Notes: a model not told the origin generated them from the sequence alone. A stretch of 34,417 bases of DNA from Octopus bimaculoides (GCF_001194135.2 NC_068989.1:81569887-81604303); one strand, 5' to 3'. Positions 9,640-21,058 are shown, counted from the first letter of the stretch. Numbers and translations: made by a program.

Positions 9640-10991
9640 GAAGTGGTTGCAAGAAGCCATGAAGAAATGCTTCTTTGAACACATGAATAAGAATTTCTTG
9701 ATGAAGAGGGATCTCAGGATGTTGAGCTTCTCAGTGGGGTTAGCAAAAAATACAGAGAAATGGTCATATAAAGTATTGGCCAATCTAACAAATACATCCA
9801 GCATGGAAAATAGATGATAGGGAATTATTAAGAGTTGACCATTCAATGTTTCCCCATTCAGAATGGACCATTCCCCATGTTGTTCCTTAATAATTTTTTC
9901 ATGCTGGATCTTGATTACTTGAAAGAAAATCAACTTTTAACAGAAATACATTCAACACAATACATATTTGCATAAATTTTATAAGTTACATTAGATCTTC
10001 TACAATGGGTTTGTAGAGTGCAGATGACCCCAGGATGGCAGTTACAAGTGGGTGTATTTTGGAGGTTATTTTCAGGAATGGAGGAGGTAATACTGTCAAC
10101 GAAGAGGTTATAGAAGCGGGTAGAGAGGTCTAAATTATTAGTACTATTAATGTTGTTATTACTGTTGTTGTTGTTGTTCTTGTTATTACTATTGTTCTTG
10201 TTAATTGTACTACCTGTAAGAGTGGTGGAAGTTGTGGTGGTATTCTGAGCAGTGCTGGTAGGATGGGTTGGGTTATGGTCTAATTTAAAGGTTTCTGTGC
10301 TGGAGCTGTGTACATGTTGAGTATTAGTGTATCTAGAGTTGTTATAGTGTGAGTTTTGATAGTAGAGAGAAAGCTTTTGTTTATTAGAGGCTGCTATGAT
10401 AGATTTGAAGTTGGGTGGGGGTACAGTCCATGTCCTTTACCTCTGCCCTTGAGTTTTTTATTCTCTTGTGAAGCCAGTCACTTCCCTCCATTTCACGATT
10501 GTCCATTGCTGCCACTTCGACTCCCGTGCGATGAAGTCAGCTATTCCTTGACCACTCCTGGCCTGTAGCCCACATCTGGCTCCCATCTCAAACCCTCCTT
10601 CCCACTGTGCTATCTGACTCCATCACATCACGATGCACTATGTCCAGCCGACAAGCTAAGAAACTCTCTCGCACTTCAATCGCTCATCACTCTCTTCGCT
10701 ACCTAACTTGTATTGCCAACATGTCAAACAATCCTGAGCCAAACCAACTTTGTAATCTTAACACAAAGCTAGCCCACACTCCCACTCCATTACTGTTTCC
10801 CCTCATCCCAATTGCACCATTAATATGCCAAACGTTCCCAAGCCCTTATATACCTTATATATATAGTTCAAATTTACAGAGAACAAAAGACAAAGACAGC
10901 TGTAGGAACAAGAAGCAGGTGTATTTATTTAATGCTTGGGAAGAATGTAAAAGTCTTTTACACTCCAAGCCTACACTCTTCGACAGAAAGG
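9640..10991 (-). mobile_element. Penelope-like element remnant (GIY-YIG endonuclease region plus rearranged pseudo-LTR)
   Basis: Minus-strand peptides CTP/PNFKSIIAASNK (about 10425-10375), an Asn-rich linker, TCNCHPGVICTLQTHCRRSNVTYK (about 10050-9975) and WSIL follow the Penelope SC.PN....I..HN / CNC..C..C..NV.Y / WSI order. A hammerhead-like motif lies at 10955-10991. Confidence 0.6.
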
Positions 10992-11344
10992 ATTAAGAGG
11001 GAAAAAAAGAGATTGAAAAAGAAAGAACAGAGAGAAAAAAATTTTTCGTAGGGATTAACAGTTCAACATGATGAAATAGCCAGAATAAAGAGGCTGAATG
11101 GAAAGGAGATAATGATGATAACCCAGTGGAACAAATTTGTTCTTGCATGTGCGTGTGTATGTGAGAATGGTGTGTGTAAGCGTGTATGTATGTTTCAGCT
11201 TGCCCACATACAGAGGCAATGCGACAAGCTAGCCTATACAGTATCTAGTTCCCATCATAAAATTATAGTAAACTCCTCACACCTTAATCATCTGTATACA
11301 ACAAGCCGATGGTCTGCAACTGAAACATCATTATTATTGTTATG

Positions 11345-11620
11345 TAGGCAGTGTCCTGGCAGAGTCATTAGAACACTGAACAAAATACCTAGCTATATTT
11401 GTTCCAGCGCTTCACATTCTGATTTCAACGCCCACCCACTCCAGAGGTCAACTTTGCCTTTCGTCATTTCAGGGTTGACGAACTAAAGTATCAGTCAAGT
11501 ACTCCTTTTATCATTTCAGGGTTGATAAAATAGGGCACTAGTCAAGAAGTGTGGTCAGTGGTATTGGCTTACTCCAACCATTCACAACTACTAGCCTTGT
11601 GCTTAAGTCAGAAACTATTA
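11345..11620 (+). mobile_element. Degenerate SINE family B with an internal duplication
   Basis: CTGGCAGA head, GAGGTCAACTTTGCCTTTC core, TCATTTCAGGGTTGA present twice, GCCTTGTGC tail. Confidence 0.6.
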
Positions 11621-12619
11621 GCATTATTCTAATTATGATTTGTTTAATCATTGTCAAAGTTTTTTTCTACTCAGTTTCTGTATACATATGGTACATAATT
11701 TGTTCAATGGTACACATGTAAACAAGGGTAGGGACCCACAGGTGCGTCAATATCAGTATATACATATGTGAATTGGCACAAGTTGTGTGATAACAGATAT
11801 GAGTATGTATCTACATACTTATTTTTAGATCTAGGTGGTAGAGAGAGATAAGTATGTGAATATTCAATTTTATGAGTATATGTTCATGTGTTGCTATATG
11901 TGTATGTGTTTAGGAACAGACTGATAATCAGAGACGGAGAGAGAAAAAGAGAAAGGCAGAGACAGATTGACAGACAGGCAGAGACAGAGTGACAGACTGA
12001 CAGACAAACGTATATTTAAATGTTTGTGGGTGTGTCTAAATATGTGTATTTGTATATCTGTCTGTGTAACAATCATCACTATTTCTCTCTCTCTCACTTT
12101 CCTACACTCAGTCTCATTACCAAAGTTTTAAGTAATGGAGAGAACTCTCAATGCTTACAGTATATAAGGTTTGCCCTTCAGTACAGATGCTATAGCGAAT
12201 GATCCCCTCACCTTTGATGTACCGTCATGTCGTTGGTAAACGAGTGGAGGAAAACTAAGGATGAGGCATTCCTTGGCTCTTGTCTCACCAAGGACTTGAC
12301 AATGTCTCTAGTGCTGGTGTCACAAAAAAATATACCCTGAAGGCATTATAAAATTGGCTGGCAAATAAGCAAAGAAAATGTAGGATTCAGAGGACCATTC
12401 TGTCTTGTCTTGCTGAGAACATATTGGTGCCACAGGAAAATGTACCTAGTAACACTGTAAAGTGGTTGATAATAGCAAGGGCATCTGGCCATAGAAACCA
12501 AACCAAAATAACGCATAACAGCATCAGTCTATGAGACCAGCGGAATATTTGCAAACAGAAACTGCAGATGCCAGCATGTGTGTATATGCGCATATATATA
12601 TGCATCCATGTTTGTATGT

Positions 12620-12790
12620 GGAGCCTGGCACAGCCTTCCAGTGTGACAGCCCAGTCAAACCGTCCAACCTATGCCAGCATGGACAACAGACTTTAAATGA
12701 AGATGATGAAATGTCCTCATCATACATCTGCTTTCCTTGCTGGCATGGGTCAGATGGCTTTTGATGATCCAAGACAGTTCTTATTGAGAG
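12620..12790. mobile_element. Tail-to-tail pair of RTE-type 3' ends
   Basis: CCTATGCCAGCATGGACAACAGA...GATGATG is followed by CATCAT...TCTGCTTTCCTTGCTGGCATGGG. Confidence 0.7.
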
Positions 12791-13638
12791 TCACTGCTCT
12801 CACAGACAGGTGCTCATATATATCATTTTAAGTTACTTTCTATGGTTAGATGTCCTTTCAATCATCACCCACCTCACAGACTGTATTAGGTGTGTTTTCT
12901 TGTGGCACTAGCATTAGAGGCATGTCTGTTTACAAAGTATTGGTTACTACAACACGATGATAGAAGACAGTCGACCAAAGTACCATATAGTCTTACTGCA
13001 AGTTGAAGTCAGTAATCAAACAGCCAGATCATCATCGTTTAACATCTGCCTCCCATACTAGTATGGGTGGGACGGTTTCACAAGAGCTGGCCAGGCAGAA
13101 GCCTGCACCAGACTTCTGTGACTGTTTTGGCAAGATTTTTACAGCAAGGTTTTTACAGCTGTTGACTTTGTTTATGCATTAAAAAAACTGTATTTAAAAA
13201 ATAACATTCAGCTGCTACAACTACAAGTCAGATGTAGAGGATTCATTGGACACTATGAGGCGACTGTTGTTATTAAACCTAACTCATTGTAAAGCAAATA
13301 TCACCATGAAAGATATCCAGACTACAGTGGAAAAGGCAAGCCACTGGATTCAGTTAAAAAGAGATGATAAGCAATGGCTAGAAGAATATTGAGCGAAACC
13401 TGATATAGAAAGTGGGGCTGCATTTCAACAAGGTTGGGGCTGGCGTGCAATGATGCCACTAAGAGGAAGGCCCTGAAACAGTCCAAATTCTCTCCTGATG
13501 ACCCCATAAACTTGCTAGCATCTGATATGTAGAGCTTTCAACTGGTAGAACTTGCATCTGCAAGTTATTTACTAAAAAAAAAAAAAATCATAATTGTTAT
13601 GAAAAGTAAGAGTAAACACAAAAAGTAAACAGACTTAC

Positions 13639-13829
13639 ACAAGATATTTCTGGTCCCCTTCTAAAGTCAAATTCATTTGAACATGGTACTCCCTGGAAGA
13701 TAACTGGGGTATTTTTAATTCTGTTTTGTTCTCCACTTTACTCAAAATACTCCTGTCATACTGTACAGACATTGTTACTCCTGTCACCGATACTGGGATA
13801 TAATTCTCATTACTGAAGTTGTATTTATT
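13639..13829 (-). CDS. TMEM106B: TMEM106B-like, coding exon 4: NKYNFSNENYIPVSVTG...EGDQKYL(V)
   Basis: 191 nt, phase 0/2, atttccag acceptor and GTAAGT donor. The N..N..N.NY..V.V pattern matches the TMEM106 luminal domain. Confidence 0.93.
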
Positions 13830-13976
13830 CTGGAAATAAATCAAAGGAAATAGACAATTAAGACATGCATGCATATACATAATTATGCACTAGAGTGAGC
13901 ACTACTACGTTGCACTATATGTTGTTTTATGAGCAAAGTATCAGACAATACAAGTTGATAATCAATTTACCATTAA

Positions 13977-14188
13977 CCCTTTAGCATTCAGCTTTCTCTG
14001 TCAAATGTAGTAATTATTAATTGAAATTGATTTGAATTAGTCATGCATTACTTTGTAGCTGTGAGATTTTAATGTAATTGTTTATTTTTAGAATAATAGG
14101 GTAAATGCGAGAGGCTGGATCTGGCCTGTTTGAAGATAAAACAGGAAGTTTATTTTGGCCGGATATATATGGTTTAAATGCTGAAGGG
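13977..14188 (-). mobile_element. TTAA-flanked (piggyBac-like) MITE, copy 1
   Basis: TTAA at 13973-13976 and 14189-14192. TIRs CCCTTTAGCATT and AATGCTGAAGGG (11/12 match). Homologous in reverse to 17122-17340. Confidence 0.8.
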
Positions 14189-14283
14189 TTAATTCAAACA
14201 TTTATTTTTGCTGTACAAAGTAAGCCAAAATTTAAATAAAATGTTTTTGCAATGAAAATCCTTAAATGGATTTTATTCGACAA

Positions 14284-14444
14284 GGCACAGGTATGGTTTA
14301 GTAGTAAGAAGTTTGCTTCCCAACCACATGGGTCTGTGGTTCAGCCTCATTGCATGGCACCTTGGGCAAGTGTCTCCTAGCACAGCCCCAAGCCAACCAA
14401 AGCCTTGTGAGTGGATTTGGTAGATAGAAACTGAAAGAAGCCCA

Positions 14445-14479
<35 letters not shown>

Positions 14480-14640
14480 TTGTTTGGTTTATTTACATCC
14501 CATAACATGGTTCAGCGAGGAGACCAGCAGAGTAAGTACCAGGCTTAAAAATTAAGTACTGGTATTGATTAGCACAGCTAAAATTCATGGTGGTGCTCCA
14601 GCATGGCCATGGTCCAATGACTGAAACAAGTAAAAGACAA
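14284..14640 (+). mobile_element. SINE family A with internal (GT)n
   Basis: Same head, core and tail as 6440-6819, in the opposite orientation. Confidence 0.85.
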
Positions 14641-14754
14641 CTAAAATAACAACACTTCACATGTAGAGAAATTAAAGCCTATGAAGCACAGACATGGCTA
14701 TGTCCACCTTGCGTTCTTGTGGTTCCACGTTTAATTGCACTGTGCTGCACCTCT

Positions 14755-14788
<34 letters not shown>

Positions 14789-15278
14789 NNNNNNNNNNNN
14801 NNNNNNNNNNNNNNNNNNNNNNNNNNNNNNNNNNNNNNNNNNNNNNNNNNNNNNNNNNNNNNNNNNNNNNNNNNNNNNNNNNNNNNNNNNNNNNNNNNNN
14901 NNNNNNNNNNNNNNNNNNNNNNNNNNNNNNNNNNNNNNNNNNNNNNNNNNNNNNNNNNNNNNNNNNNNNNNNNNNNNNNNNNNNNNNNNNNNNNNNNNNN
15001 NNNNNNNNNNNNNNNNNNNNNNNNNNNNNNNNNNNNNNNNNNNNNNNNNNNNNNNNNNNNNNNNNNNNNNNNNNNNNNNNNNNNNNNNNNNNNNNNNNNN
15101 NNNNNNNNNNNNNNNNNNNNNNNNNNNNNNNNNNNNNNNNNNNNNNNNNNNNNNNNNNNNNNNNNNNNNNNNNNNNNNNNNNNNNNNNNNNNNNNNNNNN
15201 NNNNNNNNNNNNNNNNNNNNNNNNNNNNNNNNNNNNNNNNNNNNNNNNNNNNNNNNNNNNNNNNNNNNNNNNNNNNNN
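14789..15278. other. Assembly gap (490 N) in intron 3, preceded by (TA)n
   Basis: Run of N. Exons 3 and 4 join in frame across it, so no coding exon needs to be hidden here. Confidence 1.
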
Positions 15279-15463
15279 AAACCGGTTATTTCTCCAAAAA
15301 CAATGTTTCTATACTCAAAATTTTATAACATTTTTCTAACATAACGATTTAAATATATACTTTAACCATATAACACAAGCCTTCTGTAGTTTTTTCACTC
15401 TTGTTTATCTTTTATATATCCAACCACGTGCTTTCACATACCAACTTTCTCACACACACACAC

Positions 15464-15524
<61 letters not shown>

Positions 15525-15621
15525 CATACATATACATAAAGGAGAATAACCAGTACATACGACTATGGCACCCACCTTGGATTCTATATCCCTACCAACC
15601 ATAATTTGGAAACATATACAT

Positions 15622-15696
15622 ATATATACTATTGAACCTTGGGAAGGACATTACACCGGTAATAATAATGCCCCTCCCAAGGTTCAACATACATAT
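15622..15696 (-). ncRNA. Candidate intronic pri-miRNA-like hairpin
   Basis: 22-bp upper stem (15632-15653 with 15666-15687), 12-nt loop and 9 further basal pairs. All four A-C mismatches on the plus strand become G-U pairs on the host-gene strand. No expression evidence. Confidence 0.3.
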
Positions 15697-15726
15697 TCAC
15701 ATCAAGAATCTTGCAAATCAAATACA

Positions 15727-15770
<44 letters not shown>

Positions 15771-16849
15771 TAACCTCTGAACTGCTGCTAGATGTACAAA
15801 GTCAAATAGTCTTACACTTGCTAATTAAAGAGAATCTGAAAATGGTTGGCCATGTTATAAAAGGAATTAGATTAATAATAGGTTGGTGTAGCAGTTGTTG
15901 ATACATAGTATGTTTTTAACATTTTTTTGTCTTGTTATTTCCAGCAGAAAGTTTGTTAGAACAGGCAGGAGTTTGTTCATATTAGCTAAATGTTGCACAA
16001 AAGAGTATTGCTCAGTGTTTAAATGTTATTGTTTTGGTTATAATGTCTGAATGTTGGAGAAATGACACTGACATATTGTGATGTCTACAATATCTACAAG
16101 ATACAGTCATTACTGTTTAATATATTGAATAGATGTTTTCTTTGGTTAATTTTGTAGAGTGAAATAGTGGAAATATTAATCTATTCTGATGAAGCCAGAA
16201 TTTTAATTTGTCCAGGTACAATATGTATACAGCTGTTTCAGATGAGATGTGACATTACTATGAGTTTGACAATATAAGGTTGCAGTTTTATTATGTGAGG
16301 TGTCCTACCAAAGTGGATTCTGGTGAAATCTCATTAAAGAAATAATGTAGCCAGTAGGCTCTGCAGTTAAATGATAATTAAACTTGATAAATACTGAACT
16401 ATCACTTTGGATTGTTTAAAGTACTTTGAATGACAGGATATTGGGGGATAGTTAGATGTTTTACTAATGTTAATGATGATTAAGTGTACGGAAGTTTTTT
16501 TTTTTTTTTTTTTTGTATTAGAAAATGGTTTAGATACTCATATAGTGGATGAGTAGAAGGTTATCAGATCAGAATTCAAACCAAAAATATGAAATAAAGG
16601 GATCGAGTTTTGTTCAGCAGATCTGCTCAACCTATAAAGAAAAACAAAAACAGATACTGTTTAGATTATTTCTAATCTTAAAAGTGTTTTGTTTGGGACT
16701 TTTTTTTTTTTGATAAAAGATATTTTGAATACTGCCTATCCCATTCATACAATGAAGTACTTGTAACAGAGTCCAGATTTGTAAAACCGAAGTTGTACAT
16801 GGTCAACGACCATTCTATTTAAATTATAGCAAAAACTATTTGTACTTAC

Positions 16850-17015
16850 CATAAAACTGAGGTAAACATATTGCATAGTGACATTTATCTGGAGCAGTGA
16901 AGGCTCAAGATCAGGTTGATTACTTAAAGCTCGTACGTTTCTGGGAAACAGGAAAAACAAAACAAGTCCTGCCACAAAACAGCATATAATTATTGAAAGA
17001 ATGACCCACTGAACT
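16850..17015 (-). CDS. TMEM106B: TMEM106B-like, coding exon 3 (transmembrane): (T)VQWVILSIIICCFVAGLVLFFLFPRNV...YVYLSFM
   Basis: 166 nt, phase 2/0, tttattccag acceptor and GTAAGT donor. The hydrophobic helix ends in the family FFLFPR motif. Confidence 0.95.
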
Positions 17016-17121
17016 CTGGAATAAAAGAAAAACAAACGGTAATGTTAATTTATAGCTATAATCATCAACATCTGTTAATGGCAAAATACTGAAACAGAAC
17101 AGAACACGTTTAATACTTTAA

Positions 17122-17340
17122 CCTGTTAGCATTTAAACCAGTCACATCCAGCCAAAAATTTCCATTTGTTTTAAGTTCAAACTGACCAGATCCAGGCTCT
17201 TACACTTACCCTACAATGTTATTCTACATTAAACAATTACATCATTGAAATCTTAAGGAGATGAGATAATGCATGATTAATTCAAAATAATGTGAATAAC
17301 TAAGTAATATGTTTGATAGAATAACCTGAATACTAAAGGA
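17122..17340 (+). mobile_element. TTAA-flanked MITE, copy 2
   Basis: TTAA at 17118-17121 and 17341-17344. Collinear with the reverse complement of 13977-14188 and with 26154-26622. Confidence 0.8.
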
Positions 17341-17420
17341 TTAAGCAAAAGAACCCCTACTTAGTTAAACTACTAAACTACTGATTCAAAAGTCAGTTTT
17401 AAATGTTATCCTTCTTTATA

Positions 17421-18523
17421 CAGGATGCACCAAGTGTTTGTGAACAAACTTTAGCAGGTTGTAAACAGAATGACCTAATGTTACACAACATGAGCCAAAT
17501 TTTAACTTCCTTTTCCAGATGTACTGAAACCAACATGGTCAATTCCAATATGACACAGGGAATGAAAAGACATGCTTAGCTTTTGGCTGCAGCTACCAAG
17601 CACAGCAACCTGGAGATCACTGGTTTCTTGAAAATGACTGGGTCCTTCTAGTTCAGGGTCAGAAAAAATTTAGAAGCCTATAGTATTTGTGGCAAAGAGG
17701 AAGGAATATTCTCAACTGTCAGAGGTTTCCAGAATGCTGAATTCATCTATTAAATCCAGGACATTGACAACACCCTTTGTGGGTCAATGAAGACCAACAC
17801 TAAGCAGCTCAAAGTGACAGACTCCACTATCTGACATGTGATGCATAAGGACATCACATATAAGTCCAATGTGAAGTAATTCGATAGAAGAGAAGATGAA
17901 CAGAACCGTAACAGGCGGCTCTATATGGACCGACCCTACAGATGTGTCCACAGTAATACATGAGTTTCTGATCATCTTGCACCATGTCATGGTGTTTTAT
18001 AGAACCTTAGTGTCAATTCTGTTACCTGCATCAAGATGCTGGACATAGTAGCTAAGCTCTGGGTCAAGGAAAGAGATGCCATGCATGTTCTAGTGGGATT
18101 CTGTTCCCTATGACATAACCTGTCTAACTCAAGTGTAATTGATCAAGAATTTTCACAATTATGTATTCCCTAACATGTGGCTTTCTAGCTTGCCTGATTT
18201 GAAACCCCATAGAGTGTTATATTTTGGGTGCTAGTGGGGGTGATTGAAGCAACCAGTAGCCTTACAGTACTAAAAGCTAGTTGGGGAGGGAGAGGATCTG
18301 CCATCTTAAACATAGAGGTATGGATCACTTGGTCCTGGTATGCAGACTCACTTTTCTGATGCTACACTGGAACCATTATTAAGGTAGAAGTTGATTTTAT
18401 TAAATAGTGTCTGTCTTTTGAGAAATCTAGTCCAATGTGTGTACTATTTTCCCAAGATTGTTTTTTTGTTTTCTGTTTGGTTCCTGTGTTTTACTCTTGT
18501 CCTCATTTATTTGATGTACCCTG
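17421..18523 (+). mobile_element. Highly decayed Tc1/mariner-superfamily transposon (maT/DD37D-like)
   Basis: Ends CAGGATGCACCAA and TTGATGTACCCTG are imperfect TIRs (10/13), with TA on the left. Peptides SMKTNTKQLKVTDSTI*HVMHKDITYKSNV, F*WDSVP (like FQQDSAP) and NMWLSSLPDLKP (like WPPSSPDLNP). Confidence 0.6.
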
Positions 18524-19278
18524 TTCAACAATCTTTATAGATTACTATTGAATCAGTTTCAAAATACTTTAAAAAAAAAACAAAAAACAAAGTAGTTTCC
18601 TGTTTCAACATGTCAAAATATCTACACCTTTATAAACAAAGTATCTGTAATAGTGGGAGAGTATATTCCTAAGTATTTACTATCTTCTACTGACAGCAGA
18701 ACTGAGAAGAAACCGGATAAATCACTAAGGTAATTCTTTTTTAATATTTACATTAAATATGTTAGTTTAATTTAATTCTGTTCTCTACAATGTCCTATTT
18801 TAAGTTGTCAAATCAGTGACTAATTATCACATAAAGACAATATCCCCTCAAAATCATTCTGAATCTGGTATGTATCAAATTATGTCCGGCTAACAAGATC
18901 TTATTAAGACTAGAACATGTCCAGTGTTATCCCTATACTTACCAAATATCAGAACCACTCCTCACTGTGTCGAATTTTTAATTTAAACTTGGGAATTCTT
19001 TTGCATGTCTTCCAAGACAAAATCTGTCATAAATGTTAATTACTTTTCTTCTCATAATATGTATATGTACTTAATTATTTGACAGTTTAAAGGTTTACAA
19101 AACTAAGATCACACCAACTCTTATCATCAAGTCGAGTACTATAAAGAAACTGTTCAACTCTGTCAGTCAAAGCCATGACATTATCTGAAAAATGTAAAGA
19201 CCCACACATCTTCCTAACATAATTGCTAGCATAGTTCACCAGGGCAGTAAGTGTAGAATCCATACAGCAGATACTTAC

Positions 19279-19342
19279 GTTCGTTGAGGTTTTAATCGTT
19301 TGTCACCAATTGGAATGAGAGCAACAAGTTGTTCTGCTTCAT
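19279..19342 (-). CDS. TMEM106B: TMEM106B-like, coding exon 2: (H)EAEQLVALIPIGDKRLKPQR(T)
   Basis: 64 nt, phase 1/2, tatgtttag acceptor and GTAAGT donor. Matches the human QLVALIPYSDQRLRPRRT exon, also 64 nt as recalled. Not in the supplied ORF track. Confidence 0.95.
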
Positions 19343-21016
19343 CTAAACATAAAAAAAGGAAATGATAAAAGTCAATGTAAAAGGTATAGTGACACAATAA
19401 TTGCTGTCTTCTTAACAAATCAAAAAGCAAAAGAATTGAATGAAACAAAAAAAATTCATTTTATTGGCCGTTTTTCATAAATCTATTTTTGTTTTCATCA
19501 GTGAACTATTTTCTGTTTCCAATTTGAAGCAACTTTTACATGGTTGCTTGACCAGTTACAAATAGCAACCAACTCTTCAAATCACCAAAAAGATGGGATG
19601 GTTACAGCTGGAATACCTTTTATCAGAGGTTTATAGGTCTGAACTAAAGGCTAAACAAAAACTCCTATAGTTGCTACACTCAAGAATAAAACAGACAGAA
19701 TCCAAATGGAAGTAGCAAAATTTCTGAAAGCAAAATCAAGTAGAGATTACGGCTACCATAAGCTTATGGCCATCTTTGGGCATTTACAACAAAATGGCCT
19801 TTGTTGCTGCCATTTGGACCCGGTCACTGATCTGAAGATAACTCAATACCTTGATATACTGCAGAAAACCAAGAAGTGAGAGTGTCCCCTTTTCTCTGTC
19901 TTGGAAACCCTGCAAAGATGGTCATAGGCTCTGCCCCTCTTCCTCTAAGTTACACAAAAGGAAAAACAAAGACACTGTATTGTGTACTACAGTTAGAAGT
20001 GCTGAAAAGTTGAGACTAAGTGGGTCAACCATCAGCTATTTCCAACTGATGGATAGCAGTACAACTCTGAAAGAGTCATAAAGACAAAATCTTTTCTTTC
20101 TGCAATATCTGACAAAATGCAAAACGTCCCCCAAGTATGTTATATAATAAACTGTAGACATAAGAGCCACAACACTACACTGACTGCAAACACAAACTGA
20201 AGAATATTTCCACCACAAAGTATCAAATGTCAAGTGTGCTCCATTGGAATAGATTCATTTAGTAATGTTTCAAAAACATTTTAGATCTGAAATTTAAAAA
20301 CAATTTTTTGTGTTTGGTTACTTAATCAGAGAGGAAGGACAGCAACATTTTTCAGGGCCTCTTAGATTGGTGGGAAGCAGTTATTTTCACACAGAGAACC
20401 TGAATGCTCACAAAAAAAGTGTACTCTTAAAAGCACCCAAGGTCCAGCTGGTGCTGTTAAACAACATTAGACCCATTACTCAACTCACTTTGGGGCTACT
20501 GATTATTTAGTTTAGTTTACAAGCTATGGATAACCAATTGCCAGTTTTAGCAATTTATTAACCAGTTTGGGACTTATTTAAATCTAGATAAATGATGAAA
20601 AATAAAAACTGAACAAAAAACAAATATATTTTAAGATACAGAAATAAATTTATTTCTCAAACGCGTGATAATGCTATAAATAGCGTGATAATGCTATAAA
20701 TAGCGTGATCAGTATAAATTATCCATATAATGCAGAAAAATACGTTGCCAGCCAGCCATGAACGCTTCTAAAAAAAAAAAGAAAAAAAAAAAGAGAACAA
20801 ACTTTGTTTGTTTACTTTCATCGTAAAGTTAAATATATTTTAGTTTTGTTCCTAAATTATATTTAATTGCGTTTATTAACTGCTTATCACACACATATTG
20901 AGGTTAAAATATATTTGTGTATGTATTCAGTATTTTGTTATTTAAAAGGTTGGCACCCAATATTAGTAGTGTTTAGATGATGTGGATAGAGATATTTTAG
21001 AAAAATTGCTTTCAAT

Positions 21017-21018
<2 letters not shown>

Positions 21019-21058
<40 letters not shown>
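21019..21058. repeat. Poly(A) tract
   Basis: About 40 consecutive A. Confidence 0.9.

Noticed and set aside
13515-13557. Cryptic acceptor 81 nt after the exon 4 donor (would add CKFYQLKALHIRC*)
   Set aside because: A nearer AG directly follows the T-tract, and the product would be truncated without homology. Needs junction reads.
14694-15344. Three ~200-aa ORFs
   Set aside because: They consist of (TA)n and N-gap positions.
19690-20560. Higher-complexity intronic segment with ORFs 19851-20081 and 20310-20510
   Set aside because: No recognisable domain or paired splice signals. Probably an old unclassified repeat; a BLASTX search would settle it.
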